From contig OY762962.1 in the NCBI GenBank assembly GCA_963667195.1, positions 2,138,591 to 2,202,590 of the forward strand: 64,000 nt of DNA. Direction: 5' to 3'. Position 1 is the stretch's first letter; the number at the start of each line of letters is the position of its first letter. Shown here one piece after another: positions 1 through 9,926 of the stretch. The DNA is from Christensenellaceae bacterium (GTDB lineage: Bacteria > Bacillota > Clostridia > Christensenellales > CAG-138). The position numbers were made by a program, and so were the translations under genes. Under the pieces are notes generated by a model. It ran no database searches. It had not been told where the DNA came from and worked only from the letters and a program-made list of their open reading frames with translations.

Positions 1-438
1 ACAGAGTTTGCCTGCCGGTTGCTCTTCCAGTCTCCTATGGGGATAACGGGTGATATCGCAACGCTGGATTTGCCAACGCGCGACTGCATCCGAACACATA
101 CTACATTTTATAAGCAGTGGCGCGGCTTTCTTGCAAACGCATCTCTTTTGACGGACGCGGAGCCCGCCCGGTTGGGAAACAGAAAGAGCTGGCACGTACA
201 TCAATTTGTCGAGGAAGCATGCGAAAGAAGCTTGATTTTCGTCTACCGGATGAACCATATCTGCGAAACGAAGTGGGTCAAGGTATCCGGCCTTGAACCT
301 TTGAATCGTTATCGTGTTTCGCTCTTTGGCGAAGAGAACGCGGAGGTTCGTACGGGGGCAAGCCTATTGGAAAGCGGAGTTGCGATACGCCTTGCACGGC
401 GCAACAGCAGCGCGATTGTGATCGTAGAACAAGTTTGA
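1..438 (+). CDS. Partial CDS (3' end): C-terminal domain of a glycoside hydrolase, possibly GH36-like
   Basis: The frame is open from nt 1, so the gene starts upstream of the window. The sequence looks like a C-terminal beta-sandwich domain and sits at the head of a glycosidase cluster. The family call is weak. Confidence 0.35.
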   Translation, partial: TEFACRLLFQSPMGITGDIATLDLPTRDCIRTHTTFYKQWRGFLANASLLTDAEPARLGNRKSWHVHQFVEEACERSLIFVYRMNHICETKWVKVSGLEPLNRYRVSLFGEENAEVRTGASLLESGVAIRLARRNSSAIVIVEQV

Positions 439-479
439 AATTCTGTGCGTCAGCACATGATACGATATGTGGAGGTAAC

Positions 480-2522
480 ATGCGATATCGGCAGGTTCAT
501 TTGGATTTTCATACTGCGGGTTCCATCGAAGGAATCGGTCTAGACTTTGACCCAAATGCGTTTCAACAGACGCTACTTCAGGCGCATGTCAATTCCGTCA
601 CACTCACGGCAAAGTGCGCGCATGGCTGGATGTACTATGACAGCAAGCTCTCCCCGCGGCATCCAAATCTCTCGTTCGATTTGCTTCGTCGGCAGATCGA
701 GGCTGCGCATGCGGTGGGAATTAAGACCCCGGTTCATCTTTCCATCGGGCTGGACGAACGCGAGGTACGCAACCACCCGGAGTGGTTGATACGCCGGAGC
801 GACGAAAAAACCACATGGGTGCCAACGCTGATGGAGCCGGGATGGCATCGGTTTTGCCTCAATAACGCGCATACGCAAGCCGTAATCGAACAAGTGCTTG
901 AGGTTGCCGAACACTACGATGCGGACGGTTTGTTTCTGGACGTTTCCAGCCCGATTCCATGTTGCTGCCAGAATTGCGTCAAAACACTGCTTGCGCGCGG
1001 CAAAGACCCGATGAATCACACCCACATCTGGGAGCTGGCGGAGGAGTTGTATGTTGGCTTTATCACGCAGGTGGAAGCGCGCGTACACGCGATCCGTCCG
1101 GGACTGCCGATCTTTCATAATGGGGGACATGTGCAGCGGGGACGGCTGGATTTTATCGCGGGCGATACCCATCTGGAGCTGGAGAGCCTGCCCACCGGCG
1201 GCTGGGGATACGACCATTTTCCGCTTTCCGCGCTATATGCTGCGGGGCTTGGGCTGAATTATCTGGGCATGACCGGCAGGTTTCATAAGGCATGGGGGGA
1301 GTTTGGAGGATACAAACACCCGAACGCACTCATCTATGAAACGAGTCTCAACCTTGTTTATGGCGCGCGGTGCTCGGTCGGAGATCAACTCCACCCGAGT
1401 GGAGCGCTGGATTCCGCGACCTACCATATGATTGGCAGCGCATATGAGCGCGTAGAACAAAAAGAGCGATATCTTGAGGGCGCATCGCTTGCAGCGGATA
1501 TCGGACTTCTCTCGCTGGAAGCGCTTGGCGCAAGATATGGAGAACACAATCTGCTTGCAATCGCAGAAGCGGATACGCTGGGCGAAGAATATGATGTGGA
1601 AAACCACGTTTCTCAGGCAAAACGTAGCGATGAGGGCGCGCTTCGCCTGCTCAGCGAGGGCGGCTACCTATTCCGCGTCATCGATGCCGAGATGGATTTT
1701 TCTCCCTTTGCCGTGCTGGTGCTGCCGGATGAAGCGGATCTCGACGAGCAACTCGCAGAGAAGCTTGCATTCTATCGCAAAAACGGCGGCAAGGTTTTCC
1801 TAACCGGAAGATCCGGCGTCGTGCAGGGAAAGCAACGGTTATTTGATGAGCTGGGCTACAGCTACCCAGAACCAGAGACAAACAATCCAGTCTATCTACG
1901 TACACGCGAGCCGCTGGATACCCTTGGCGACAACGCGTTTGTGGTCTACGAAAAGGCTTATTGTGTGCAGGCTGACGAAACACGCACAGAGATTCTCGCG
2001 GATTTTGAATATCCGTATTTCAACCGTTCAACGTTTGAGTTCTGCTCGCATGCGCACGCCCCGTCGCAAAATCGCAGCGAGGCACCCGCGATCATCGCGG
2101 GGGAAGGATTTGTGTTCGCGGCGTTTCATCTGTTTGAGGAATACCGGGTTCACGGCGCGTTTCTCACAAGAGAACTTTTCTGCGCATGCATGAATCGATT
2201 GCTGGGGGAACAGAAAACGCTTGTGACGTCTATGCCCCCATCTGCCGCCGTAACGCTGTTGCGCAACGAAGAAAAAGGGTATGATTTGGTGCAGCTGTTG
2301 TATGCGCCCATGATGCGAAAAGGGGAAGACTCCATTGTCGTTGAAGAGCTTTTGCCCGTCTATAATATTACGGTTCGCATCAAAGCACGTGGGAAGGTTA
2401 AGAGCGTACGGCTCGTGCCGCAGGAAAAAGAGATTTCGTTTGCCGTTGAGCAAGGACTGGTTTCGTTTTGTGTAGACAAAGTAGAGTGTCATGCGATGGT
2501 GCAGGTATTGTATGAAAGATAG
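480..2522 (+). CDS. Putative glycoside hydrolase (GHL6 / GH42-like family)
   Basis: RBS GGAGG at 471-475 precedes ATG 480. The N-terminus MRYRQVHLDFHT matches my memory of 'hypothetical glycosyl hydrolase 6'-type proteins. It is 680 aa and sits in a glycosidase cluster. Confidence 0.5.
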   Translation: MRYRQVHLDFHTAGSIEGIGLDFDPNAFQQTLLQAHVNSVTLTAKCAHGWMYYDSKLSPRHPNLSFDLLRRQIEAAHAVGIKTPVHLSIGLDEREVRNHPEWLIRRSDEKTTWVPTLMEPGWHRFCLNNAHTQAVIEQVLEVAEHYDADGLFLDVSSPIPCCCQNCVKTLLARGKDPMNHTHIWELAEELYVGFITQVEARVHAIRPGLPIFHNGGHVQRGRLDFIAGDTHLELESLPTGGWGYDHFPLSALYAAGLGLNYLGMTGRFHKAWGEFGGYKHPNALIYETSLNLVYGARCSVGDQLHPSGALDSATYHMIGSAYERVEQKERYLEGASLAADIGLLSLEALGARYGEHNLLAIAEADTLGEEYDVENHVSQAKRSDEGALRLLSEGGYLFRVIDAEMDFSPFAVLVLPDEADLDEQLAEKLAFYRKNGGKVFLTGRSGVVQGKQRLFDELGYSYPEPETNNPVYLRTREPLDTLGDNAFVVYEKAYCVQADETRTEILADFEYPYFNRSTFEFCSHAHAPSQNRSEAPAIIAGEGFVFAAFHLFEEYRVHGAFLTRELFCACMNRLLGEQKTLVTSMPPSAAVTLLRNEEKGYDLVQLLYAPMMRKGEDSIVVEELLPVYNITVRIKARGKVKSVRLVPQEKEISFAVEQGLVSFCVDKVECHAMVQVLYER

Positions 2523-4212
2523 CGAAACAAAAGAACACGGGATACAGCAAAAGGCGAAAGATTCCGCCGCGTGGTGGAAAGAATGCGCCGTCTACCAGAT
2601 CTATCCGCGCAGTTTTTACGACAGCGACGGGGACGGAATCGGCGATCTCAACGGAATTACGGAAAAACTCGACTATCTTCGCTTACTCGGCGTAGATGTG
2701 CTCTGGATTTGCCCCGTCTACCGCTCGCCTAACTTTGATAACGGCTATGATATATCGGACTACCGTGCCATCCACGAAGACTTCGGCACGGTGGAGGACT
2801 TCGACCGTCTGCTTGCGCAGGCGCATGCGCGCGGGCTGAGAATCGTGATGGATCTCGTCGCGAACCATACCTCATCGGAGCACCCATGGTTTATCGAGAG
2901 CAGGAGCGGTCGAAACGCAGAAAGGCGCGATTACTATGTCTGGCGGGACGGAAAAAACGGAGGCCCGCCGAACAACTGGAGCGGGAGTTTTGGTGGCTCT
3001 GCATGGACTCTTGACCCTGCAAGCGGACAGTATTATCTGCATATCTTTGCTGCGGAGCAGCCGGACTTGAATTGGGAAAACCCCGCTGTACGGCAAGAAG
3101 TATATGATTTGATGCGCTTTTGGTGTGACAAGGGTATCGACGGGTTTCGGATGGACGTCATCAATCTGATCTCAAAGGACCAACGATTTCCGGATGACTC
3201 AAGCGGCACAAGCCCATGCGCGTTTATCGAAAACGGACCTCGCGCGCACGAATTTCTGCGTGAAATGCGAAAGGCAGTGCTGGACGATTATGACATCATG
3301 ACCGTTGGCGAGACGGGCGGCGTCACGATTGAAGAAGCAAAGCGATATGCGGGATTTGATATGGGCGAACTCAATATGGTGTTCCAGTTTGAGCATGTCG
3401 GACTTGGACAGAGTGAGCTGGGGAAATGGAATGAAGAGAAGGTACCCATGCCTCTTCTGCGGGAGAATATGAGTAAATGGCAGACGGAGCTATCGGGGAA
3501 AGCCTGGAACTCGCTCTACTGGAGCAATCACGACCAACCGCGTGCCGTCTCTAGGTTCGGGGACGACCGAATCGAGTATCGCGTAATCAGTGCAAAAATG
3601 CTCGCCACTTGCCTGCATTTTCAACAGGGCACGCCGTACATCTATCAGGGTGAGGAGCTTGGAATGACCAACGCGGGCTTTGAGCGGCTAGATGATTACC
3701 GCGATATCGAGAGCCTCGGCATCTATCGCGAGCTGACACAGAGCGGCAAGGCAACGCATGCGCAAATGATGCGGTTTCTCGCGGCAAAGAGTCGGGACAA
3801 CGCGCGCACGCCAATGCAATGGAGCAGGGAAAAAAATGGCGGGTTTTCTAGATCAGCGCCGTGGATTGCGGTAAATCCAAACCATCGTTTTATCAATGCG
3901 GAGCAGCAGATAAATGATCCCGATTCGGTCTTTTGCTACTATCAAGCGCTACTGCGGTTACGAAAGACATATCCCGTGATAGTTTACGGTGCGTATTCTC
4001 TGCTCCACGAGAATTCGGAATTGGTATGGGCGTTCCGGCGTGAGGATGAGACACACGAACTGCGCATATTGCTGAACTTTGCGGATCAAGAGATACCGTA
4101 TACGCCTGCGGAATTGCAGGCGGGGGAGAAAAGATTGATCGGCAACTATAAAGCGCATCGCGCCGGGTGGTTGCAGCCATATGAAGCGATCGTATACAGT
4201 CGCACAAAATAG
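2512..4212 (+). CDS. GH13 alpha-glucosidase / oligo-1,6-glucosidase
   Basis: It carries GH13 conserved regions: YQIYPRSF, DGDGIGDL, DLVANHTS, GFRMDVINLI (nucleophile Asp), MTVGET (acid/base Glu) and WSNHDQPR. The start is ambiguous between 2491 and 2512. Confidence 0.9.
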   Translation: MKDSETKEHGIQQKAKDSAAWWKECAVYQIYPRSFYDSDGDGIGDLNGITEKLDYLRLLGVDVLWICPVYRSPNFDNGYDISDYRAIHEDFGTVEDFDRLLAQAHARGLRIVMDLVANHTSSEHPWFIESRSGRNAERRDYYVWRDGKNGGPPNNWSGSFGGSAWTLDPASGQYYLHIFAAEQPDLNWENPAVRQEVYDLMRFWCDKGIDGFRMDVINLISKDQRFPDDSSGTSPCAFIENGPRAHEFLREMRKAVLDDYDIMTVGETGGVTIEEAKRYAGFDMGELNMVFQFEHVGLGQSELGKWNEEKVPMPLLRENMSKWQTELSGKAWNSLYWSNHDQPRAVSRFGDDRIEYRVISAKMLATCLHFQQGTPYIYQGEELGMTNAGFERLDDYRDIESLGIYRELTQSGKATHAQMMRFLAAKSRDNARTPMQWSREKNGGFSRSAPWIAVNPNHRFINAEQQINDPDSVFCYYQALLRLRKTYPVIVYGAYSLLHENSELVWAFRREDETHELRILLNFADQEIPYTPAELQAGEKRLIGNYKAHRAGWLQPYEAIVYSRTK

Positions 4213-4246
4213 TGGCACACATTTATTGCATAGAGAGGGAAAAGAT

Positions 4247-5338
4247 ATGTTTCACGGAATCATCAACGGCATGAGCGATTTGATGCTGCTTTCCAACGCG
4301 CAGTCGCGCTCCATCAGCGCGGAAAACCCAACGGGAGAAGTCAGCGGCGGTGCGCGCTGTCCGTTGGAGAAGGGCATTTCGGGGAACGCCGCGCGCGAAC
4401 TCGGCGTTGGTTGGAAGGTGAACCCGAACATCGTGATTCCGACGCAGACGACGGCGGATTTGGCCGTCATTGAAGGACCGGGTGTGATTCAGCACATTTG
4501 GATGACTGTTTCCAAACCCTGGCGCAATTTGATCCTGCGCTTTTACTGGGATCATCAGGAACAACCTTCGGTCGAGGTTCCAATCGGGGATTTCTTTGCG
4601 AGTGGTTGGAACGAATATAGCCAGCTTTCCTCGCTTGCGGTATGCGTCAATCCAGGCAGCGCGTTTAACTGCTACTGGCAGATGCCGTTTCAAAAACACT
4701 GCCGCATCACGCTTGAAAACCGCTCGAAGGAATTTGAGGCGACTTGCTTTTACCAGATCGATTATTGCCTCACTGAGGTGCCGGAGCACAGCGCGTATTT
4801 TCATGCTCAGTTTCGCAGGGCAAACCCGCTTCCGTATAAAGAGGTGTTTACCATTGTGGACGGCATTCAGGGCAGAGGGCACTATGTTGGCACCTATATG
4901 GCTTGGGGTGTCAATAATCGCGGCTGGTGGGGCGAAGGAGAGATCAAATTTTATCTGGATGGGGAAGCCGAGCATCCAACGATATGTGGAACCGGAACCG
5001 AGGATTATTTCTGCGGCTCTTATGATTTCGAGGATCCGCGGCAAAAGCCCGGCCAGTACAGCGAGTTCACGACGCCATACGCCGGCCTGCATCAGGTGCT
5101 TACGCCGGACAAGCTTTATAACAGCCAGTTCCGCTTTGGCATGTACCGTTGGCACATCACAGACCCAATCCGTTTCCAGAGCGGGCTTCGAGTGACCATG
5201 CAAGCGCTGGGTTGGCGCGAGCATGGCAGGTACCTTCCGCTTCAGGATGATATTGCATCGGTGGCTTACTGGTACCAGGAGCTGCCACACGCAAGTTTTC
5301 CAAAGCTGCAAGATAAAGATAGTCTCGAAGTGATTTGA
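4247..5338 (+). CDS. DUF2961 family protein (glycoside hydrolase family GH172-like)
   Basis: A GAGAGGGA RBS precedes ATG 4247. The GTGTEDYF motif and ~360 aa size are typical of DUF2961. It lies in a glycosidase cluster. Confidence 0.7.
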   Translation: MFHGIINGMSDLMLLSNAQSRSISAENPTGEVSGGARCPLEKGISGNAARELGVGWKVNPNIVIPTQTTADLAVIEGPGVIQHIWMTVSKPWRNLILRFYWDHQEQPSVEVPIGDFFASGWNEYSQLSSLAVCVNPGSAFNCYWQMPFQKHCRITLENRSKEFEATCFYQIDYCLTEVPEHSAYFHAQFRRANPLPYKEVFTIVDGIQGRGHYVGTYMAWGVNNRGWWGEGEIKFYLDGEAEHPTICGTGTEDYFCGSYDFEDPRQKPGQYSEFTTPYAGLHQVLTPDKLYNSQFRFGMYRWHITDPIRFQSGLRVTMQALGWREHGRYLPLQDDIASVAYWYQELPHASFPKLQDKDSLEVI

Positions 5339-5452
5339 TCGTTGTACGTTGCCTTTGACACAGTACTTAAGAGAAACGCAGTTTGGCAGCGTCAACTCGG
5401 GCAACTCTGAATCACATTAAACGAACTTAATTTCGACAATGAAGGTGACTAA

Positions 5453-6115
5453 GTGAAACAGATTCTTTGCTACGGTGACTCAAATACGTATGGTTACAAT
5501 ATAAATGCAAACGCAGGTCAGCCAATCCGATTACAAAGTGATTTGCGTTGGACGGGACTTCTACGGCTATTGTTGGGGGACTCGTATAATATTGTGGTAG
5601 AAGGCTTGAGTGGAAGAACAATAGGTTTTCAAGATCCATTCGCATCGGGAAGACGCGCGCTGGATTGGTGGATCCCTTGCATCGAAAGCCATTTCCCGGT
5701 CGATGCCATTGTACTAATGCTTGGCACGAATGACGTGAAAGTGGAATATCATGCAACGCCATCCCAAATAGCGTCAGGACTGGGTCAAATGATTCGCGAG
5801 CTTTATCAACATTACAAGCTATTGCAACTCGACCCGCCGAAGTTGATTGTGGTTTGTCCTCCACCGCTCGAAGAAACTGCCGGTATCAACAGCGAAGGGA
5901 TGTTTGATTTACAGTCTGTTGCAGCATCACACGAGCTTGCGGAACTATATCGACAGACTGCTCAGACATATTCCTGCTGCTTTCTGGACGCAGGCAAGGT
6001 AACTAGATTTGATATGCAAGAGGGGATTCATCTGAATATCATTGGTCATTTATTGCTAGCAAAAGCTATCGCAGGAATCATCAGTGGAATGAATTGGTTG
6101 GAGAGGTTGGAGTGA
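5453..6115 (+). CDS. SGNH/GDSL-family hydrolase (esterase)
   Basis: It has the N-terminal block I motif CYGDSNTYG and the later LGTND block. The start codon is GTG, preceded by AAGGTGA. Confidence 0.8.
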   Translation: MKQILCYGDSNTYGYNINANAGQPIRLQSDLRWTGLLRLLLGDSYNIVVEGLSGRTIGFQDPFASGRRALDWWIPCIESHFPVDAIVLMLGTNDVKVEYHATPSQIASGLGQMIRELYQHYKLLQLDPPKLIVVCPPPLEETAGINSEGMFDLQSVAASHELAELYRQTAQTYSCCFLDAGKVTRFDMQEGIHLNIIGHLLLAKAIAGIISGMNWLERLE

Positions 6116-6329
6116 CGGACGGATTAATCCTAGAAGTTGCGCATGGGTACCACTTGTTCAAATGCTAGGTGGTTTTAGATCTAAAAGTTTTAGCATTTTT
6201 CTTAATAGGGTATCCACGACCAGATCGCAACATAATTTCTGCAAATACCATATTGTTTATAGGTTGCTTTTTTCACAACAAAGGAAACTGTTTTTATAGA
6301 GAAACGAAGAATCCACTTGGAGGTAATCA

Positions 6330-7610
6330 ATGGAACAATTAGCGATTTATGGTGGTCCAAAGGCAAAGACGACACAGAACTATCCAATGTACCCCGGCGG
6401 GCTTGAAATCGGAGAAGAAGAGAAAAAGCAGGTTTTGGAGGTTCTGGAGAACAAATACCTGTTTCGCTACTATGGACCCGAGGGCTGCGAGTCCAAGGTA
6501 AAGGCGTTTGAAACCGCATTTGCGGCAAAACTCGGCGCTGCATACGGCCTTGCGACCAGCTCTTGCACCGGCGCGCTGATTTCCGCGCTGGTCGCCTGCG
6601 GCGTTGGTCCGGGTGACGAAGTTATCGTGACCGGATATACGTTTTTTGCTTCTTGCGCGGCAATCGTCGCGGCAAAGGCAATTCCGGTCATTGCGGAAGT
6701 GGACGAAACCCTGACAATCGATCCGCGTGACATCGAAAAAAAGATCACGCCCGCGACAAAGGGCATTGTGGCGGTCCATATGCGCGGAGTGCCGTGCAAT
6801 ATGGACGCTATTATGGAGATCTCCGCAAGACACAACCTCATCGTTGTGGAGGATTGCGCGCAGGCGGTTGGAGGTATGTACCACGGCAAATACCTAGGCA
6901 CGATCGGTCATGCGGGCTGCTTCTCATTTCAATACCACAAGACGATCACAGCTGGCGAAGGTGGAATGATCTTAACAAATGATGCTCGAATCTATGACCG
7001 ATGCATGAGCTATCATGACACTGCCGCATGCTGGCGTCCGGATCGATATGCCGAGCAGAGGTTTGAAGGCGAGCTGTTCTGCGGCTCCAATTTCCGCATG
7101 AGCGAACTCACCGGAGCCGTTATGCTCGCACAGCTCGGACGCCTGGATGGATTGGTGAAGCGCATGCGCGCGAATCAGAAGCGCATCATCGAAGGCATCC
7201 AGGGTGTCAAGGGAATCAAGGTTCGTCCTGTAAACGATCCGGAAGGGGATTCTGCCATCTGCCTGATGTTTTATCTTGACGAGCGCGAGAAGGTTGAGCC
7301 ATTTGTCAATGCTCTGAAAGCGGAAGGCGTCGCGGCTGCCGGCGTATTCAATGCAGGCATACCGGATTGGCACATCTACGCGCACTGGAAGCACATCATC
7401 GAGAAAAAGACGCCGACGGCCGCCAGCTGTCCGTGGGATTGCCCGTATCATCAAGAAGCGGAGCCTGTGCGGTATGATCCCATGATGAATCCGAATACGC
7501 TATCGTATCTTGGCCGTGTGGTACACATGGATATTCCGCCGCAGATGAGCGACGAAGATTGCGACATGATCGCGCGCGCAATCCGCAAAGTTGCGGCAGT
7601 GCTAGCCTAG
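6330..7610 (+). CDS. DegT/DnrJ/EryC1/StrS-family PLP-dependent aminotransferase
   Basis: It is a fold-type I sugar aminotransferase of 426 aa. Supporting motifs are TSSCTGAL, VEDCAQAVGG and the SFQYHKTIT block with the Schiff-base Lys. Confidence 0.8.
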   Translation: MEQLAIYGGPKAKTTQNYPMYPGGLEIGEEEKKQVLEVLENKYLFRYYGPEGCESKVKAFETAFAAKLGAAYGLATSSCTGALISALVACGVGPGDEVIVTGYTFFASCAAIVAAKAIPVIAEVDETLTIDPRDIEKKITPATKGIVAVHMRGVPCNMDAIMEISARHNLIVVEDCAQAVGGMYHGKYLGTIGHAGCFSFQYHKTITAGEGGMILTNDARIYDRCMSYHDTAACWRPDRYAEQRFEGELFCGSNFRMSELTGAVMLAQLGRLDGLVKRMRANQKRIIEGIQGVKGIKVRPVNDPEGDSAICLMFYLDEREKVEPFVNALKAEGVAAAGVFNAGIPDWHIYAHWKHIIEKKTPTAASCPWDCPYHQEAEPVRYDPMMNPNTLSYLGRVVHMDIPPQMSDEDCDMIARAIRKVAAVLA

Positions 7611-7692
7611 ACAAGAAGGCCAATGGGGCGTGCGAGGACAATATCGCGCGCTCCATCGGCCAGATGCACAGCAAGGGAGGAAAGGCGCACAA

Positions 7693-8463
7693 ATGAAATA
7701 TTCGCTTTGTATCGAACCGGTTTTTGATGGTATTTCGTTTTACGATCGAATCGAGAAGGCAAAGGAACTTGGTTTACATGCAATAGAATTCTGGGATCCA
7801 TCCATATATGACACGAAAAAGATAGGTGATATTGCGGCGCGCGCTGGCATCCCGGTTGCCTGCTGCTGTCTCAATCAGCCGTGGGATTTTCGCTTGAATC
7901 TCCCGTTCGAAACCGTGCGTAAAAACTTCGAACGTTCGATCGAGTTTGGAAAAGACATTGGCTGCAATACGTTTATTGGCCTTGCGGGGGATGTGTCGGG
8001 CAGCGGAATTGCGCAGAAAGCGCTGTTGATTGAGAGCTTGAAACGATTAGCAGAGATCTGCGAACGTGAAGGAGTGATGATCGTGCTCGAGGCGCTCAAT
8101 TCTCTCATCGATCATAAGGGGTATTACCTCGATTCGTCGCGTATAGGATTCGAGATTGTCAAGGCGGTCAACAGCCCGAGGATTAAACTGCTCTTTGACT
8201 GCTATCATATGCAGCTGATGGAGGGGAATCTAGTCAACAATATCTCTGAAAATATCGAATGGATCGGACATTTCCATAGCGCGGGCGTACCTGGCAGGCA
8301 TGAACTGCAACAGGGCGAAACGAACTATCCGCGCATCATCCGCGCGGTGGAGGACGCGGGGTATTCTGGCTATTTTGGGCTGGAATACTGGCCGAGCTAC
8401 GATGCGGAATCATCGATCCGGGATACCATGCGGTATCTAGCGAATCAGGAACACAGTTTTTAG
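7693..8463 (+). CDS. Hydroxypyruvate isomerase-family protein (xylose-isomerase-like TIM barrel)
   Basis: The C-terminal block IGHFHSAGVPGRHELQQGETNYPRIIRAVEDAGYSGYFGLEYWP matches the Hyi family signature. ATG 7693 was chosen over the upstream alternative start. Confidence 0.75.
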   Translation: MKYSLCIEPVFDGISFYDRIEKAKELGLHAIEFWDPSIYDTKKIGDIAARAGIPVACCCLNQPWDFRLNLPFETVRKNFERSIEFGKDIGCNTFIGLAGDVSGSGIAQKALLIESLKRLAEICEREGVMIVLEALNSLIDHKGYYLDSSRIGFEIVKAVNSPRIKLLFDCYHMQLMEGNLVNNISENIEWIGHFHSAGVPGRHELQQGETNYPRIIRAVEDAGYSGYFGLEYWPSYDAESSIRDTMRYLANQEHSF

Positions 8464-8641
8464 CTTGAAGTATAAGGGAGCGTCTGTGAATTCTACTATC
8501 AAATTTATTGAAGTAAGACAGTTTTCGTCACGGATCAGACGTACAGAGAATGATGTCGGACAGCAGACGGATCGTTTTAAATTCTTCGCGCCTAGAACGA
8601 CGAGGGAAGAGACTGAAAGGTGTATTGGAGGGCAATTTCAT

Positions 8642-9277
8642 TCATGATAGCTTTACACAAAACTCCGCTTCTGTAGCCGCGCGAACTTGTTCCAGCTTAT
8701 ATCCGTCTGAAAGTTCCGTTAAAAACAATTGTCCATCCCTGCATTCCATTACACACATTTCGGTAATGATCTTCGTCACGCAACTGACTGCCGTCAGTGG
8801 CAGGGTGCAGCGTTTTCGAATCTTTGGAGTACCCTTGTTGGTGTGCTCCATCACAACAATAACCTTCTTTGCGCCGACTAAGAGATCCATCGCCCCGCCC
8901 ATGCCAGGAACAAGCTTACCCGGGATGATCCAGCTCGCGATGCTACCGCACTCGTCAACCTCCAGCGCGCCGAGGATCGTCGTATTCAGATGCCCGCCGC
9001 GGATCATACCAAAAGACACTGCGCTGTCAAAAAAAGAGCCGCCCGGCAAAATCGTCGCGGCTTGACCGCCTGCGTTGGTGATGGATCCGTCTTCGGTTTC
9101 AGGGACGGGTTTGGGCCCTAAACCTAAAAATCCGTTCTCGCTCTGCAACTGTATCCCTAGATCATCCGGCAGGTATTCCGCAACAAGCGTCGGGAGCCCG
9201 ATGCCGAGATTGACGATATCGCCGCGCTTGACCTCCTGCGCCGCTCGGCGCGCGATTTGATGTTTGATATCAGTCAT
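8642..9277 (-). CDS. 3-oxoacid (acetoacetate) CoA-transferase, subunit B
   Basis: It has the family I CoA-transferase beta subunit motif LQSENGFLGLGP, with the catalytic Glu in SENG. The start at MTDIKH overlaps the stop of subunit A. Confidence 0.9.
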   Translation of the reverse strand: MTDIKHQIARRAAQEVKRGDIVNLGIGLPTLVAEYLPDDLGIQLQSENGFLGLGPKPVPETEDGSITNAGGQAATILPGGSFFDSAVSFGMIRGGHLNTTILGALEVDECGSIASWIIPGKLVPGMGGAMDLLVGAKKVIVVMEHTNKGTPKIRKRCTLPLTAVSCVTKIITEMCVMECRDGQLFLTELSDGYKLEQVRAATEAEFCVKLS

Positions 9278-9926
9278 GGCTTGTATCTCCAGCAACAATA
9301 TAATCGACAAACAAACCCGGTGTATGTACAATTTCCGGGTCTAGTGTCTCACACATTCGCTCTACCTGTGCAATCACCAAATCAGCAGCAGGCGCCATGA
9401 TCGGGTTGAAGTTACGGGAGCTACCGCGGTAGACCACGTTCCCGAAACTGTCCGCCATATGTCCGGCGATCAATGCGACGTCTGCATGTAAGGGTTTCTC
9501 AAGGAGGTATAGTTTCTCGTCGATCGCGAGCTTGATCTTCCCATGCTCAACCTGTGTTCCAATTCCGACTGGTGTTAAAACGCCGCCGAGCCCAAACCCG
9601 CCCGCGCGGATTCGCTCCGCCAGCGTGCCCTGCGGAACCAGCTCGATCTCGACTTCTCCTGCGTTCATCTTCTGCCCGGCGACCGGATTGGTGCCGATGT
9701 GGGAGACGATCAGCCGCTTCACACGCCCGGCGGAAACAAGCGTCCCTACACCGCGGTCGGGCATGCCGGCATCGTTACAGATGATCGTGAGGTCTTGCGC
9801 ATCTCCCGCCAAGATGGCGTCGATGATCAGATTCGGGCTGCCGCTGCAAAGAAAACCGCCGATCATGACGCTCATGCCGCTCTTCACGCTGGAGGCGGCT
9901 TCGTTGACCGAAATTCGCTTGTTCAT
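9270..9926 (-). CDS. 3-oxoacid (acetoacetate) CoA-transferase, subunit A
   Basis: [10 protein letters not shown]...MIGGFLCSGSPNLIIDAI is typical of the alpha subunit. The upstream 90 codons of the ORF-track entry are Arg-rich and overlap the thiolase gene, so I trimmed them. Confidence 0.9.
   Translation of the reverse strand: MNKRISVNEAASSVKSGMSVMIGGFLCSGSPNLIIDAILAGDAQDLTIICNDAGMPDRGVGTLVSAGRVKRLIVSHIGTNPVAGQKMNAGEVEIELVPQGTLAERIRAGGFGLGGVLTPVGIGTQVEHGKIKLAIDEKLYLLEKPLHADVALIAGHMADSFGNVVYRGSSRNFNPIMAPAADLVIAQVERMCETLDPEIVHTPGLFVDYIVAGDTSHD

Noticed and set aside
4223-5404. A 393 aa ORF on the minus strand
   Set aside because: It is antisense to the DUF2961/GH172 gene and has no recognisable domain.
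8465-9065. Plus-strand ORFs of 60 and 171 aa after the Hyi-like gene
   Set aside because: The first lies in the convergent intergenic region with no RBS. The second is antisense to CoA-transferase subunit B.
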